This document shows, piece by piece, positions 27,768 to 37,517 of a stretch of DNA of 64,000 nucleotides. The notes beneath the pieces were generated by a model. The model saw only the letters and a list, made by a program, of their open reading frames with translations. It was not told the DNA's origin and did no database searches. Source of the stretch: a virus. Where the stretch lies: positions 5,764 to 69,763 of the IMG/VR virus record IMGVR_UViG_3300050821_022567; one strand, given 5' to 3'. The translations under genes were made by a program, and so were the position numbers. Position 1 is the stretch's first letter. The number at the start of each line of letters is the position of its first letter.

Positions 27768-28432
27768 GCGCTCTCCTCGTTGGCAACGTGAGCCCAACCA
27801 GTCCCCTTCACGATGCGAGACACTGTCGCGGCGCTCACACCGAATCGCTTAGCCACGTCCTTCGCCATCTCGCCGGCGCGAACGGCTCGCCGGATCTCCA
27901 GCACCGCCAGCGTCGTGAGCTTCGCCGTGCCCTTTGCCTCACCACGCGTCACCTTCTCCGGGCTTCGCCTGGCGTAATGCGCGTCGCCCCTCGGGACGGA
28001 CTCGGGATGAGTCCGACTGCTATGCCTCTCGCCGCGCGCGATTCGTTCCGGATGTGTTCGACTACTATGGCGGTCTCCGCGCGCCACGCGATCTGGACGA
28101 CTAACCGATCCATTCCGTCCTTTGCTCGCGCGGTCCCGCGCGTTGTCGCCCTGGTCACCCTCGAATAGATGCTCGTCTCGAACGCAGAGCGTGTTGTCGC
28201 AATGATGAAGCGCGCACGGCTCGGGCCAGTACCCTCGTTTCAGAAAGAAGGCGACGCGTGGCGCCTTCTCCATTCGTATCTCGACCCAGATCGTTCCGTA
28301 AGCGCCGTCCTCCCCCCGAACGCCTGTCGTCGAGCCTGTCCAAACATGGCAGGGCCCCAGCTCTGGACGATGCGTTGGGACCGGGCCGTTGCGGTCCACC
28401 TTCGCTTCGAATCTTTCCGCGAGCGTCCTCAT
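27764..28432 (-). CDS. HNH (HNH_3-type) homing endonuclease with C-terminal HTH
   Basis: RFEAKVDR..PCHVWTG..ALHHCDNTLCVRDEHLFEGDQGDN; HSSRTHPE repeats; AKLT..VAKRFGVSAATVSRI. Confidence 0.88.
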   Translation of the reverse strand: MRTLAERFEAKVDRNGPVPTHRPELGPCHVWTGSTTGVRGEDGAYGTIWVEIRMEKAPRVAFFLKRGYWPEPCALHHCDNTLCVRDEHLFEGDQGDNARDRASKGRNGSVSRPDRVARGDRHSSRTHPERIARGERHSSRTHPESVPRGDAHYARRSPEKVTRGEAKGTAKLTTLAVLEIRRAVRAGEMAKDVAKRFGVSAATVSRIVKGTGWAHVANEESA

Positions 28433-28841
28433 CGTTTGACCTTCGGCAAAGGCGGGACGGGTGGAGCCTTTGGCGTTGGCTTCGCGTTCGCAGCGCGGGC
28501 TGCTTGCGATAGGAGATCGGCTACAAGCGCAGCGTTTTCCTTGTCTAGATCGCGAACCGGATGTCCGTGTTTCTTTGCGTGCTCGTCGTGGTCGTGGGCC
28601 ATCACGTGTGGATCAGACAGCTTCGCCCCCTTCATCGGGCTCCACTCCGTTCGCTCCCCACATTTCCGACAAACAGCCGCATACGTTGGAGGGAAGTGCT
28701 TCAGTGGGACGGGGTGAAGCGACAAGTCGCATTCCCCGAGATCGCACGGGACGAGGGGACACGCCGTGCAGTAGCGTTTGCCCCGCGGGGTCTTCGCGAA
28801 GCGGTGCGTGCCGGTGGCGCAGTGCTTGACCTTGGCCACGT

Positions 28842-29357
28842 TTATCGGTTCTCCACGGTTGCGTCGGGATGTCCCAAGGCGCCGAGCGCCCAGAGGATTC
28901 TCGGCGGCGGAGTCTTTGGACAATCCCCGATCTCTTTCCGCTCCCACCACGTGAAGTGCCCGTGGACCTCGGGGTCCATGGCGACTTCGCAGCGCTGAAG
29001 GAGCCCGTACGTCATCGCGAACGAATCGACCGGCTCGCCGCTGAGCCAGCAGAGCGCCTCGGTCCGCTGGCTCGACTGACTGTACTGCGGACTGCACGCG
29101 AACCTCGGGTCGCGCGCCGACCAATGAAGCGGGTCCGGGTCCATCGGCGCCGGCGTGGGCATGAACGTCCCAAGCTTTCGACCCGCGTCCGGCACGGGCA
29201 CGGCATCGGGCCTTGCCCACACGAACGCGCTCATCCCGTAGATCACCGCTCCGAAGGTGACGACCCCGACGACGACGCCCCAATGCTTCCGGCGCGCCAT
29301 CGCATCCGACGCCTTTCGCGCATTGCACGCGGCGCACTCCACGGTCTCGCGGTACAT
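28842..29357 (-). CDS. Single-pass membrane protein with Cys-rich external domain
   Basis: TM segment WGVVVGVVTFGAVIYGMSAFVW; GGGGAG RBS. Confidence 0.55.
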   Translation of the reverse strand: MYRETVECAACNARKASDAMARRKHWGVVVGVVTFGAVIYGMSAFVWARPDAVPVPDAGRKLGTFMPTPAPMDPDPLHWSARDPRFACSPQYSQSSQRTEALCWLSGEPVDSFAMTYGLLQRCEVAMDPEVHGHFTWWERKEIGDCPKTPPPRILWALGALGHPDATVENR

Positions 29358-29902
29358 CAGCTCTCCCCTCGCGCACGCCCGGTGAGGCGCTCGCGTGCCT
29401 CGGCGTCCACGCGCCGGTCCCGCTCGGCCAGCTTCGCCTGGAATTCCGGGGGTAGATCCGCGGGCCCGGCGCGCAGCTTGGCGATCGCCGTGACGAGGTC
29501 GATGCCCGCCGGGATGATCTCCCGGATGTACGCCTTGGCGCCGCCCTTCACCCGCAGGTGAGCGAGCGCTGCCTCGATGCGCTCGCCGAGTTCGTGCTCG
29601 TACTTCGAAGCGAGGTCGTTCGGCCCCGCGGCGGCATCGAGGCTCGCTTTCAGCCACGGCCTCCAAGGCGCCCAGTCCGTGGGTCGGATATTGAGCTCTC
29701 GCTCGGCGTCCTCGTGGGTGGGGTAGTGGACGATCTCGTCTCGCACACGCCCCTGCGGATCGACGAAGGGCCCAACGAGATCTCCGTCTCGGCCGCAATC
29801 TGCCAGCCAGAGCGGTGACTTCGTGGGCTGCATTCGTTGGTCAAACCAGCGGCGCGCCCAGACGGCCCACGGCGTCGTGAACCCTCGAAGGACTACGCTC
29901 AT
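29357..29902 (-). CDS. Hypothetical protein
   Basis: ATGA-coupled ORF. Confidence 0.5.
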   Translation of the reverse strand: MSVVLRGFTTPWAVWARRWFDQRMQPTKSPLWLADCGRDGDLVGPFVDPQGRVRDEIVHYPTHEDAERELNIRPTDWAPWRPWLKASLDAAAGPNDLASKYEHELGERIEAALAHLRVKGGAKAYIREIIPAGIDLVTAIAKLRAGPADLPPEFQAKLAERDRRVDAEARERLTGRARGES

Positions 29903-30582
29903 CGCCGTCGCCCCTTCTTCGCTCGCGGCTTCACGGGGAGGAAGACGACCCCCGAGCGGAGCTCTCCGATCGTGTTCTCCGCCTCAATGAGCTTCCGCTT
30001 CAGCGTCGCCACCTCCATCGAATCGCCCAGCTTCGCGCGGTGGGCGGAGGCGTCGTTGCGGAGCTGGTAGAGGACCGCCCGGATCTTCTCCGGCCCCTTG
30101 GTCAGGAGGTCGGTCTCCGAAAGCCCCTGGTCCGCGAGGAGATTGCGCAGCATCGTCGCGAGCTCCGCATCGACCGCGTTCGCGGATCCCACCACCGGCG
30201 GCGCCATCTTCTGGAACGATTCGAAGTACGAGACCGCCTCGTCGTTCAGCGCGTCGTCCTCGTACGGGTGCTCCCCGAACCACTCGCGCGCGACCGCGAA
30301 CAGATTCACCTGATCCCGCGGCGTGCTCACCCCGTCGCCCGCCTTCGCGACGGCGGCGCGCGCCACGAAATCCGACACGGCCGTCTTGAGCTTCTCCTGG
30401 TCGGTCGGCGCCGTGAGTCCAATCGCGCCCGCAACGTGCGTGAGCGTGGCGTGCGCGGTCTCGAGCGCGCGCTGCATCGATTCGCGCGCGCGGCCTTCGC
30501 TCACGTCGCGCGCGACCATGAGCTCCATCGCGTCCAGGAGGATGCCGAGCGCGCTGCGGTTCGGATTCGCCATCATCGTCAT
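29899..30582 (-). CDS. Helical hypothetical protein
   Basis: ATGA-coupled, high GC3. Confidence 0.6.
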   Translation of the reverse strand: MTMMANPNRSALGILLDAMELMVARDVSEGRARESMQRALETAHATLTHVAGAIGLTAPTDQEKLKTAVSDFVARAAVAKAGDGVSTPRDQVNLFAVAREWFGEHPYEDDALNDEAVSYFESFQKMAPPVVGSANAVDAELATMLRNLLADQGLSETDLLTKGPEKIRAVLYQLRNDASAHRAKLGDSMEVATLKRKLIEAENTIGELRSGVVFLPVKPRAKKGRRR

Positions 30583-30859
30583 TTCCTTCCGGGGGGCTTC
30601 AATGGGAGGTTGCGGAGAACCGCGGGCGTCTCCGGCGGCGCCGGCTTCTGCTCGGGATGGGCCGCCTGATACGCGAGCGCGCCGCGCACGAACTGCTCCA
30701 TTTTCGGCGTGAACTTCTTGTCCTTCACCCCGGGGTCGGTCAGCCGGCGGAGCATGTCCTCGAAGATCTCGCGCTTCTCCCGATCGAGGTAGCCGTCGAG
30801 CGCGCGGCTAAGGAGCGCACACCCCTCCTGCAGCTTGTCCCGGTCCATCGACGCGCCGT

Positions 30860-31273
30860 TCATGACTCGGCGCTCCCGGGATCCAGTTCCGGTTCCGGCT
30901 CCCAACCGACACTCTCGCCGCCTACCGGATTAGCCACTACTCCCGTCGAAGATCCGTCGGGCATGGCGGGGTCGACGCCGACCTCCATGCCGTTGATGAA
31001 GAGGCGGCGCGACGTCGTCGTCTCGTCCGCGGGAACGCCCGAGTGCCCCTGCGGCAGCACGCGCCCGGCCTTCCTCGCGCGCTTGAGCGCGGCGGCCTCG
31101 AGCCGGGAGACGTCGTCCTTCGAGACGCCAAGCTGCTCCGCGCGGACGCGCTCGGCTACGCGGGCGGCATCGCGGGGCGGGACGCCCTTCGCCTTCATGA
31201 CCTCGCGGACCTTGCGCTCCAAGGTCGTGCGCTCCGAGATCCACGCCTGGTCAGCCTTCTCTCGACCGATCAC
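30860..31273 (-). CDS. Hypothetical protein
   Basis: GGGAGG RBS after the AAA gene. Confidence 0.55.
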   Translation of the reverse strand: MIGREKADQAWISERTTLERKVREVMKAKGVPPRDAARVAERVRAEQLGVSKDDVSRLEAAALKRARKAGRVLPQGHSGVPADETTTSRRLFINGMEVGVDPAMPDGSSTGVVANPVGGESVGWEPEPELDPGSAES

Positions 31274-31276
31274 GAT

Positions 31277-32974
31277 CTACCTCCCTGCCAAAACAATCGG
31301 CGAGGCCTGCTTCGCCCCCGCCGCCCTCCACACCGCTTTCTCTCCCTCGGGAAGGCTCGCCACGATCTCGTCGACCGCCTCCTTCACCCCCTTGTGCTTC
31401 GTCTCCTCGATGGTCTGGTCGACAGCCCACTCGAAGTCGTTGAGCAGCACGACGCGCTTCTCTTTCTTCGAAGCGATGCAGCGCCGGAGCGCGTGCTGCG
31501 TCGCCTTCTGTACGATGCCTTCCAGCATCGCGCCGCTCGTCGCATCCGCGAGCGTGAAGCGCCGCCGCTCTCCCGGCATCTCGATCATCCCGAGCACGTG
31601 ACGGTCGGCATAGACCATCTCCGCCACCCGCTCCGCGACCTCCGCCCGCGGCAATTCGAGCGGGCGCTTCGCCCCCAGGTGATGCTCGACGATCTCGATC
31701 GCCCCTCGCTTGTCCGGCCGCGAGACCTTCACGACCACGTCGATTCGCCCCTCGCGCAGCACCGCGGGGTCCATGTCCTTCGCCCGGTTCGTCGCGAGCA
31801 GGAAGAACGCGCCGCTGTCCTCGAGCCCGTCCATTTCTGCGAGGAACGTTTGAACGACCGCGACGTCGGCGTTCCCGCCGTGCGACTCGCGCCGCGTGCG
31901 CGCCATGAAGAGACTCTCGCACTCGTCGATGAAGACGAGCTGCGGGTACTGATGCACGCGGAAGTGCTCGCGGGCATTCGAGACGAGTCGTCGGACGTTC
32001 CCCTCCGAGGACCCGATCCACTTGTCGATGAGCGATGGCCCGCTCACGTACGCGAACCCGGTCGCGCTCGGCCCCTTCCCATAGAGATCGGCGATCGCCG
32101 TCGCCGCCGCCTTCCCGAGGAGGGTCTTCCCACACCCCGGAGGACCGATGAGTGCGGCCCCCTTCGTCCGCTTCTTGTCGAAGATCGCGTACAGATCCTT
32201 GTGGCGGATCGGCTCTTCGATCGCCTCGCGCAGCGCGCGCACGGCGTCGGCCTGCGCCTTCACGTCCTTCCACGTCACGCCGGTCTCGCCCGTGAAGACG
32301 AGCCCGTCCTCCTGCCGCGGCAAGAGCTCGACGGCGACGGCCATCGCCTTATCGAGCACGACGCGATCTCCCGCCTTCACTTCGTCGGGCAAGTCCTTCC
32401 CGCGCCGAACGACGCAGCGCCCTTGTTGGACCTCGACCTCGAGCGATCGTCCGGCCAGCTGCCGCACGGTGGCGATCGGCCCCGTCGCGTCGTCCTTCGC
32501 CCGCCCGATGTTCCGGAACCCGAACGACGTGTCCGGGTTGAGCACGATCCGATCGCCGCGCTCCGCGTTGATCCCGATGAGCCGGGTCACCCGCCGCTGG
32601 CCGCCGTGCTCGATCTCCACCAGCCCCTTGCTGATGACCTGCTGCACCTCCGCCACGGGGCCGATCCAGTCGATGTCGATGTCGCCGACGATCGCCCCAT
32701 TCTGCGCGATCACCCGCACGATCTGCCCCGGCTTCAACGAAGTGCGCGGATGGTCGGCGAGGATCATCTGCCCGTTCGGGAGCTGGAGGGTGACCTCCTT
32801 CTCCTCGACCCGATAGACCATCGCCGCCTGCGTGGGGCCGCTGCTCTTCGACAGCTGCCGCACCCGGTCGTCGAGATACCTCACCGTCTGCTTGAGCGTC
32901 TCGAGCTCGGAGACGCCCGGCGCCAGGAACGGCCGGTTGTAGATGGGGGCGCCGATAAAAATGCCGTCGCTCAT
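31277..32974 (-). CDS. ARC/Mpa-like proteasome-type AAA+ ATPase (coiled coil, OB domains, AAA)
   Basis: Walker A GPPGCGKT, pore loop DKWIG, Walker B VFIDECE, SRH ATNRAKDMDPAVLREGRID, ARC-like TLADATSGAMLEGIV. Confidence 0.8.
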   Translation of the reverse strand: MSDGIFIGAPIYNRPFLAPGVSELETLKQTVRYLDDRVRQLSKSSGPTQAAMVYRVEEKEVTLQLPNGQMILADHPRTSLKPGQIVRVIAQNGAIVGDIDIDWIGPVAEVQQVISKGLVEIEHGGQRRVTRLIGINAERGDRIVLNPDTSFGFRNIGRAKDDATGPIATVRQLAGRSLEVEVQQGRCVVRRGKDLPDEVKAGDRVVLDKAMAVAVELLPRQEDGLVFTGETGVTWKDVKAQADAVRALREAIEEPIRHKDLYAIFDKKRTKGAALIGPPGCGKTLLGKAAATAIADLYGKGPSATGFAYVSGPSLIDKWIGSSEGNVRRLVSNAREHFRVHQYPQLVFIDECESLFMARTRRESHGGNADVAVVQTFLAEMDGLEDSGAFFLLATNRAKDMDPAVLREGRIDVVVKVSRPDKRGAIEIVEHHLGAKRPLELPRAEVAERVAEMVYADRHVLGMIEMPGERRRFTLADATSGAMLEGIVQKATQHALRRCIASKKEKRVVLLNDFEWAVDQTIEETKHKGVKEAVDEIVASLPEGEKAVWRAAGAKQASPIVLAGR

Positions 32975-33637
32975 CGAACCCGTTCTCCTGTCGCTTCCAC
33001 TGCGTCTCGCTCGTCGTGATCCCGGACGAACCGCTCGAAGGACAGCGGCCCGAGCGGCTTTGGGCAGCCGTGCGACCCGTCGCTCGCGCCGTAGGCGACC
33101 GCGCGCGCGAGGCCGACCTTCCCGCTTAGCTCGAAGTCCTCCAAGGCGATGGCGTGCGTCACCCGTTCGATGACCTTGCGCCCGTTCACAACGCCGCCGC
33201 ACCGCGCTTCCGTATACGCCTCCAAGTAGCAGAGGTACCGGAGACGTGCCGCTTCCTCTTCGGCTCGCTCGTCGCTCACGCTGCCCACCCTCTCGCGATG
33301 ATCGTGCACCCCACCGGGATCTCCCCCCTCGTCCGCACCACCCGACCCGACAGGCCGATCGGCAGCGTGAACCGCACGGTGTCCTTGATCGCCGGCAGCC
33401 CGCACGACGTCCTCGGGCTCGACGTCCGCGTCGCCGACCAGATATGTCGCGGGACTCTCCCGCTCCCCGCGCTCGTCGGTCTCCTCCTCGAGCCTCCGCG
33501 TCGCGCGCCGGATCTCCACGATGTCGCGGAAGAAGAGCGCGCCGAAGAGGAGGACCGTGATGCCGAGCGGGATCCAGGGAGTCATGCGTTCTACTTCTGC
33601 GGGCGTCGCCGCGTTCGTTACTTGCGGAGCGGGAGCT

Positions 33638-34270
33638 TCACGGGACTTCTTCCCAGTCCGTCGCGAGCACAGAGGACGAGCTGGGGCTCCACGGCTTGAA
33701 GTCGCCGTCGATCGAGTCGAACGCCATCAGGTACGGCCCGAACTTGCACACCGTCCCCACGGGCAGGCCCGTGGCCTTCGCGGTGTTCGCGTTGATCGGG
33801 ACGCCATCCGGATAACCGGGTTGCTGGGCCACGTAGGACCCCGTGGGCCAGCTCGACCGACGGAGGCGACGTCCCGCCCGGAGTCCGTCGATCGCGACGG
33901 CGAACCCGAAGGTGAGCGGCTTCGCTTCCGGATTCGCAAGGCCGTCCGTACCCTCGAGCGCGAGGCTCTCGCGCAGCGTCTCGATCTGCTCGACCTGCTT
34001 GCCGATCGTATAGGCGTGGCCCCGCACGAACGACCCGAGAAGCGCTGCGAGCCGCCGCACCGCGAGGTCTGCCGTGACGTCGGTGCCCGCCGCCGGGATA
34101 CCGTCGATGTGCGCCGTGAAGACGTCCTTCCCGTCCTCCTGGCCGACCGTGACGATCACGTCCGCGGGCTCGACCATCGGCCCGGCTTCCGCGGGGAGCG
34201 TGAGGCGCTCGACCTGCGGCGCCCCGTCCATCGCCGGCGCGACGCCGGCTTCGCTCGTCGTGGCGCTCAC
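33638..34270 (-). CDS. DUF2829/Tad2-like protein with an extra N-terminal domain
   Basis: FGFAVAIDGLRAGRRLRRSSW..PYLM..PWSPSSSSVLATDWEEV. Confidence 0.8.
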   Translation of the reverse strand: MSATTSEAGVAPAMDGAPQVERLTLPAEAGPMVEPADVIVTVGQEDGKDVFTAHIDGIPAAGTDVTADLAVRRLAALLGSFVRGHAYTIGKQVEQIETLRESLALEGTDGLANPEAKPLTFGFAVAIDGLRAGRRLRRSSWPTGSYVAQQPGYPDGVPINANTAKATGLPVGTVCKFGPYLMAFDSIDGDFKPWSPSSSSVLATDWEEVP

Positions 34271-34271
34271 G

Positions 34272-34631
34272 TCAGGACTCCCGCACCGCGAGGATGTCTT
34301 CCTCGCGCACGATGCCGAACTTCTCCCCGTCGACCGGCACGTCCTGCAGGGAGTGCTTGCTCAGGTAGACGACGTCCCCCTTCTTCACGCTCGGGGGAAC
34401 GACCGCGCCGTTCGCGAGCACCTTCCCGGTACCGACGGCCATCACCGTCGCGACGCCGCCTTTCTCCTGGGCGGCTTCGGGAATGATGATCCCGCCCTTC
34501 GAGACCTTCTCGGGGACCTCCCGCTTGACGAGCACGCGGTCGTGGAGCGGACGGAAGTGGAGCGGCGGCTCCGCGTTCGTGACGGGCGGGTCGTGCGGCG
34601 GGATGTGGGCCTTGTCGTGTCCGTGGCTCAT
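34272..34631 (-). CDS. groES: Co-chaperonin GroES
   Basis: FRPLHDRVLVKR..KGGIIIPEAAQEK..VMAVGTGK..VKKGDVV..IVREEDILAV; AAGGAG RBS. Confidence 0.93.
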   Translation of the reverse strand: MSHGHDKAHIPPHDPPVTNAEPPLHFRPLHDRVLVKREVPEKVSKGGIIIPEAAQEKGGVATVMAVGTGKVLANGAVVPPSVKKGDVVYLSKHSLQDVPVDGEKFGIVREEDILAVRES

Positions 34632-34845
34632 GCTCGTCTCCTTCTTCATTCGGTGCCGCGCCGAATCACCACGACTCGGCGACGAGGTTTCGGGGGGGGC
34701 CGCAGCACGTCGCTCTCCGTGTGCTTGCGCGTGAGCGCGATGCGCGGCGCCGACGGCGGCAGCGGCGCGCCCTTGCGGATCGCCGCGTCCCGCATGTCGT
34801 GCGCGATCTCCGCCGGGAGCGAGCGCGGATTCCAGTCGAGCCGTT

Positions 34846-35259
34846 TCAAAAGTCACCCTCCACCGCGTCCTCTTGAATGCGAGGACACGACTCCGGCACT
34901 CGAGCAACCACGCGCGTCATCGCCTGGATCTTCGCGCGCGCGGTCGCGATGGCGTCCACGACCTCCTGCATCGTTCGACAGATGAAGTACTGTCCGCCTT
35001 CCCGCTCGAAGCGCGCCTGCCACTTCGCCTGCGCGTCCCGCTGCTTCGTCGCCTTCTTCAGCTCGATCGCCACGAAGACGCCGATCGGCTGCAAGACCAC
35101 CACGATGTCCGGCGAACCTGGCCCGAGACCCGCTTTCGCCACGCGTCCGCGGAGCGCGTTCCCCATCGCGAACACGCCGAGCCGCCCCAGCGCTTTGAGA
35201 CACGACGCCTTGAGGTCGGACTCCGACGTCATCGCGAGCGGACGAGCGGCGCGCTTCAC
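34846..35259 (-). CDS. VRR-NUC/PD-(D/E)XK nuclease (Holliday junction resolvase-like)
   Basis: ESDLK..GSPDIV..FVAIELK..Q..W..GG.YFIC. Confidence 0.8.
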   Translation of the reverse strand: MKRAARPLAMTSESDLKASCLKALGRLGVFAMGNALRGRVAKAGLGPGSPDIVVVLQPIGVFVAIELKKATKQRDAQAKWQARFEREGGQYFICRTMQEVVDAIATARAKIQAMTRVVARVPESCPRIQEDAVEGDF

Positions 35260-35359
35260 GACTTCTCACCTAGCGCGCGATCGGTAGTTGCAGCCTAAGA
35301 AATGCGAACGCCCCCGCAGGCGCAAAGGCCGGCAGGGGCGCAGACGTGTCGGAGATCGT

Positions 35360-35812
35360 CTACTTCTTCAGCGCGTACGTCGTCGCTCGCTTCTGTCCCT
35401 TGCGGGCGATCTCACCATTGGACACCGCCTTGCGCAGGACGAGCGCGAGCCGCCGCCGCGCGCTGTCGGGAAGCCCCATCGCCATCCGCAATCGCTCCGT
35501 CCGGAGCCCCTTCGTGTTTCCCTGCGCCGCCGCGTCCTGAAGCGCCGCCTTCACTGCTTCGAGCGAGAGCTCGCCCCCCTTGGACTTGCCAGTCTTCCCG
35601 ACCATCGCGCGCGTTTGGCTTCGCGCCGCTACGAGTCCGCGCTCGATCTCCGTTCGTACGGCCGCGGCCGCAGGCTTCGCCCTCGGCACGCTCCGACGTT
35701 CAAAGAGGCGCGCGAGCCCCTCCCGGATGCGGCGGTCCATCTCCTTCCGAACCATCGGCGCCAACGCGGTGGCGATCTCATTCGTGAGCGCGGTCAGTGC
35801 CTCTTCGTCCAT
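35360..35812 (-). CDS. Basic wHTH nucleoid-type DNA-binding protein (myxobacterial/Polyangiaceae-like)
   Basis: GLRTERLRMAMG..IARKGQKRATTYA C-terminal motif; family recognised from memory, not searched. Confidence 0.65.
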   Translation of the reverse strand: MDEEALTALTNEIATALAPMVRKEMDRRIREGLARLFERRSVPRAKPAAAAVRTEIERGLVAARSQTRAMVGKTGKSKGGELSLEAVKAALQDAAAQGNTKGLRTERLRMAMGLPDSARRRLALVLRKAVSNGEIARKGQKRATTYALKK

Positions 35813-36253
35813 GAAGCGCAATCTACGACGCCGCCCCACACGCGCGCAAGGTTTGGACGTTGTGGCTATTCTAATGCTCAATGCGACCGAACTCGCGGAC
35901 GTCCCATCCCGAAGTCTCGTCGTCGAAGACGACCGTGTCGAAGCCATCCTCCTGCGTGAACGTCACGATCTCATGCATCGGGACCCACCGCCTGTAGCTG
36001 ACCGTCGCCTCTTCGATTCGCGCGTTGCACGGGAGTCCCGTGATCCCGAGCATGACCTCTTGCCCGCCGTCGACGACGAGTCGCGGCCGCAAGTGGTACG
36101 CGAGCACCACCTCTGTTCGGCCACCACCGTCTCCGCTCAAGTGGAGACTAAGGAAGGTCCCCGTGGCTTTGCGCCATCGAGCACGCGGCATCTGTCGGGC
36201 CTGCATCACCGTCCACCAATCGCAGACGTCACCGAGGATGAGACGGCGATCGC

Positions 36254-36517
36254 TCACGACGCCCTCAGGAAGTGCAGGAGTACGCCCGCGAGCAGGACGA
36301 AGATCTGTCCGCCGACGAAGATCGCGCCGACTGCGCCGAGCCGCCGCGTCGGCTGTTTCATCTCCCTCCAGAATCCAAAGCAAGCCAGGAGAACGAAGAA
36401 GAAACTCCAGCGCGCCTCCGCGTAGTGCCCCGCCGCGCGCTGCGAAATCAGTATCGTTGCTTGGCAGCACCCGGAGGAGACCCAGCAGACCTTGATGGTG
36501 GTCGAAGCGCGGCTCAT
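36254..36517 (-). CDS. Small membrane protein
   Basis: Two to three hydrophobic helices; ATGA coupling. Confidence 0.5.
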   Translation of the reverse strand: MSRASTTIKVCWVSSGCCQATILISQRAAGHYAEARWSFFFVLLACFGFWREMKQPTRRLGAVGAIFVGGQIFVLLAGVLLHFLRAS

Positions 36518-37185
36518 CGCTTCGGCTCCCATACGGCCCCATTCGGAAGCGGGTTGCCGATGAAGTACTCCACCGGCGGAACCGCGACGACGACCTGCTC
36601 GCGCGTCGGGTCGATGCGCAGCGGCACGTCACGAAAGCGGACCGTGCCCTCTTCCCCCGACCCATTCTCTTTCTCGAGCGCCCACGAGTGATAGTGCTTC
36701 AGCTCGAGGTACGTCTGCCAGCCGACGAGGAGGTGCGTCGGGTGGTCTCCGTAACAGAGGATCACCGCGTCGATGGCTCGAGTGAGGATGTCGAGCGTCA
36801 CCCCCACCGGTTCGAATTGAACCGTCCGAATCGCCGGCGCGATCTCCTTCCCCACGTCGATCGACGCGGGCATCGGACTCCAGACATTGAACGCGATCAT
36901 GCGCTGCGGCGCCGGCAGCCGTCGGCTCAGTGTCTCCGCCGCGGTTTGCGTAGCGCGGTCGAGAATGACCTCCCGCTCTGCGCGGGGCATCCGCCCGAGT
37001 ACGTTGCGCTCAACACATACTTCTTCTTTCTCTCCCGACGCGCGGCTGACCGCGTGGATTGAGAGAACGCCGTTGGCGCCGCGCTCGGTGTTCCAACTCT
37101 TCGTGAACCGCAGCAACGGCCAACGCTCGAAGGCGCGGTCGAGCGCCAGGTCCACGTCGTGGTCGATCACATAGTCCGGCGTCAT
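36514..37185 (-). CDS. Hypothetical protein
   Basis: ATGA-coupled, high GC3. Confidence 0.6.
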   Translation of the reverse strand: MTPDYVIDHDVDLALDRAFERWPLLRFTKSWNTERGANGVLSIHAVSRASGEKEEVCVERNVLGRMPRAEREVILDRATQTAAETLSRRLPAPQRMIAFNVWSPMPASIDVGKEIAPAIRTVQFEPVGVTLDILTRAIDAVILCYGDHPTHLLVGWQTYLELKHYHSWALEKENGSGEEGTVRFRDVPLRIDPTREQVVVAVPPVEYFIGNPLPNGAVWEPKR

Positions 37186-37517
37186 CGGCACCCCCGCACG
37201 AGCGGCCTCGTCGCGATGCGCCGAAGCTTCCCGGCCCACGGGAGCAATCGCCTCGCCGCCCGGTCGATCGCATCGGTCCATACAGAAGCCCGCCCGCGAT
37301 CATCCCACCGACCCGCGAAGTCCCTCGGGCCCACGACCTCTTCGACCTCGGTATTTCGCCGTGGGTCGCTCACACGAATCTCCCAGAGCCCCATGACGCC
37401 GCGCAGCTGATTGAAGTACACGCTCACACGCAACCGACCATGACGAACGAGCGCGTGCTCGAGGATCATCTTGTCGATCGGGTTCAGCGGCTGAATGTCA
37501 CGCTCCAATAGCATCAC
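37182..37517 (-). CDS. Hypothetical protein
   Basis: Coupled to the dnaB stop. Confidence 0.55.
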   Translation of the reverse strand: MMLLERDIQPLNPIDKMILEHALVRHGRLRVSVYFNQLRGVMGLWEIRVSDPRRNTEVEEVVGPRDFAGRWDDRGRASVWTDAIDRAARRLLPWAGKLRRIATRPLVRGCR

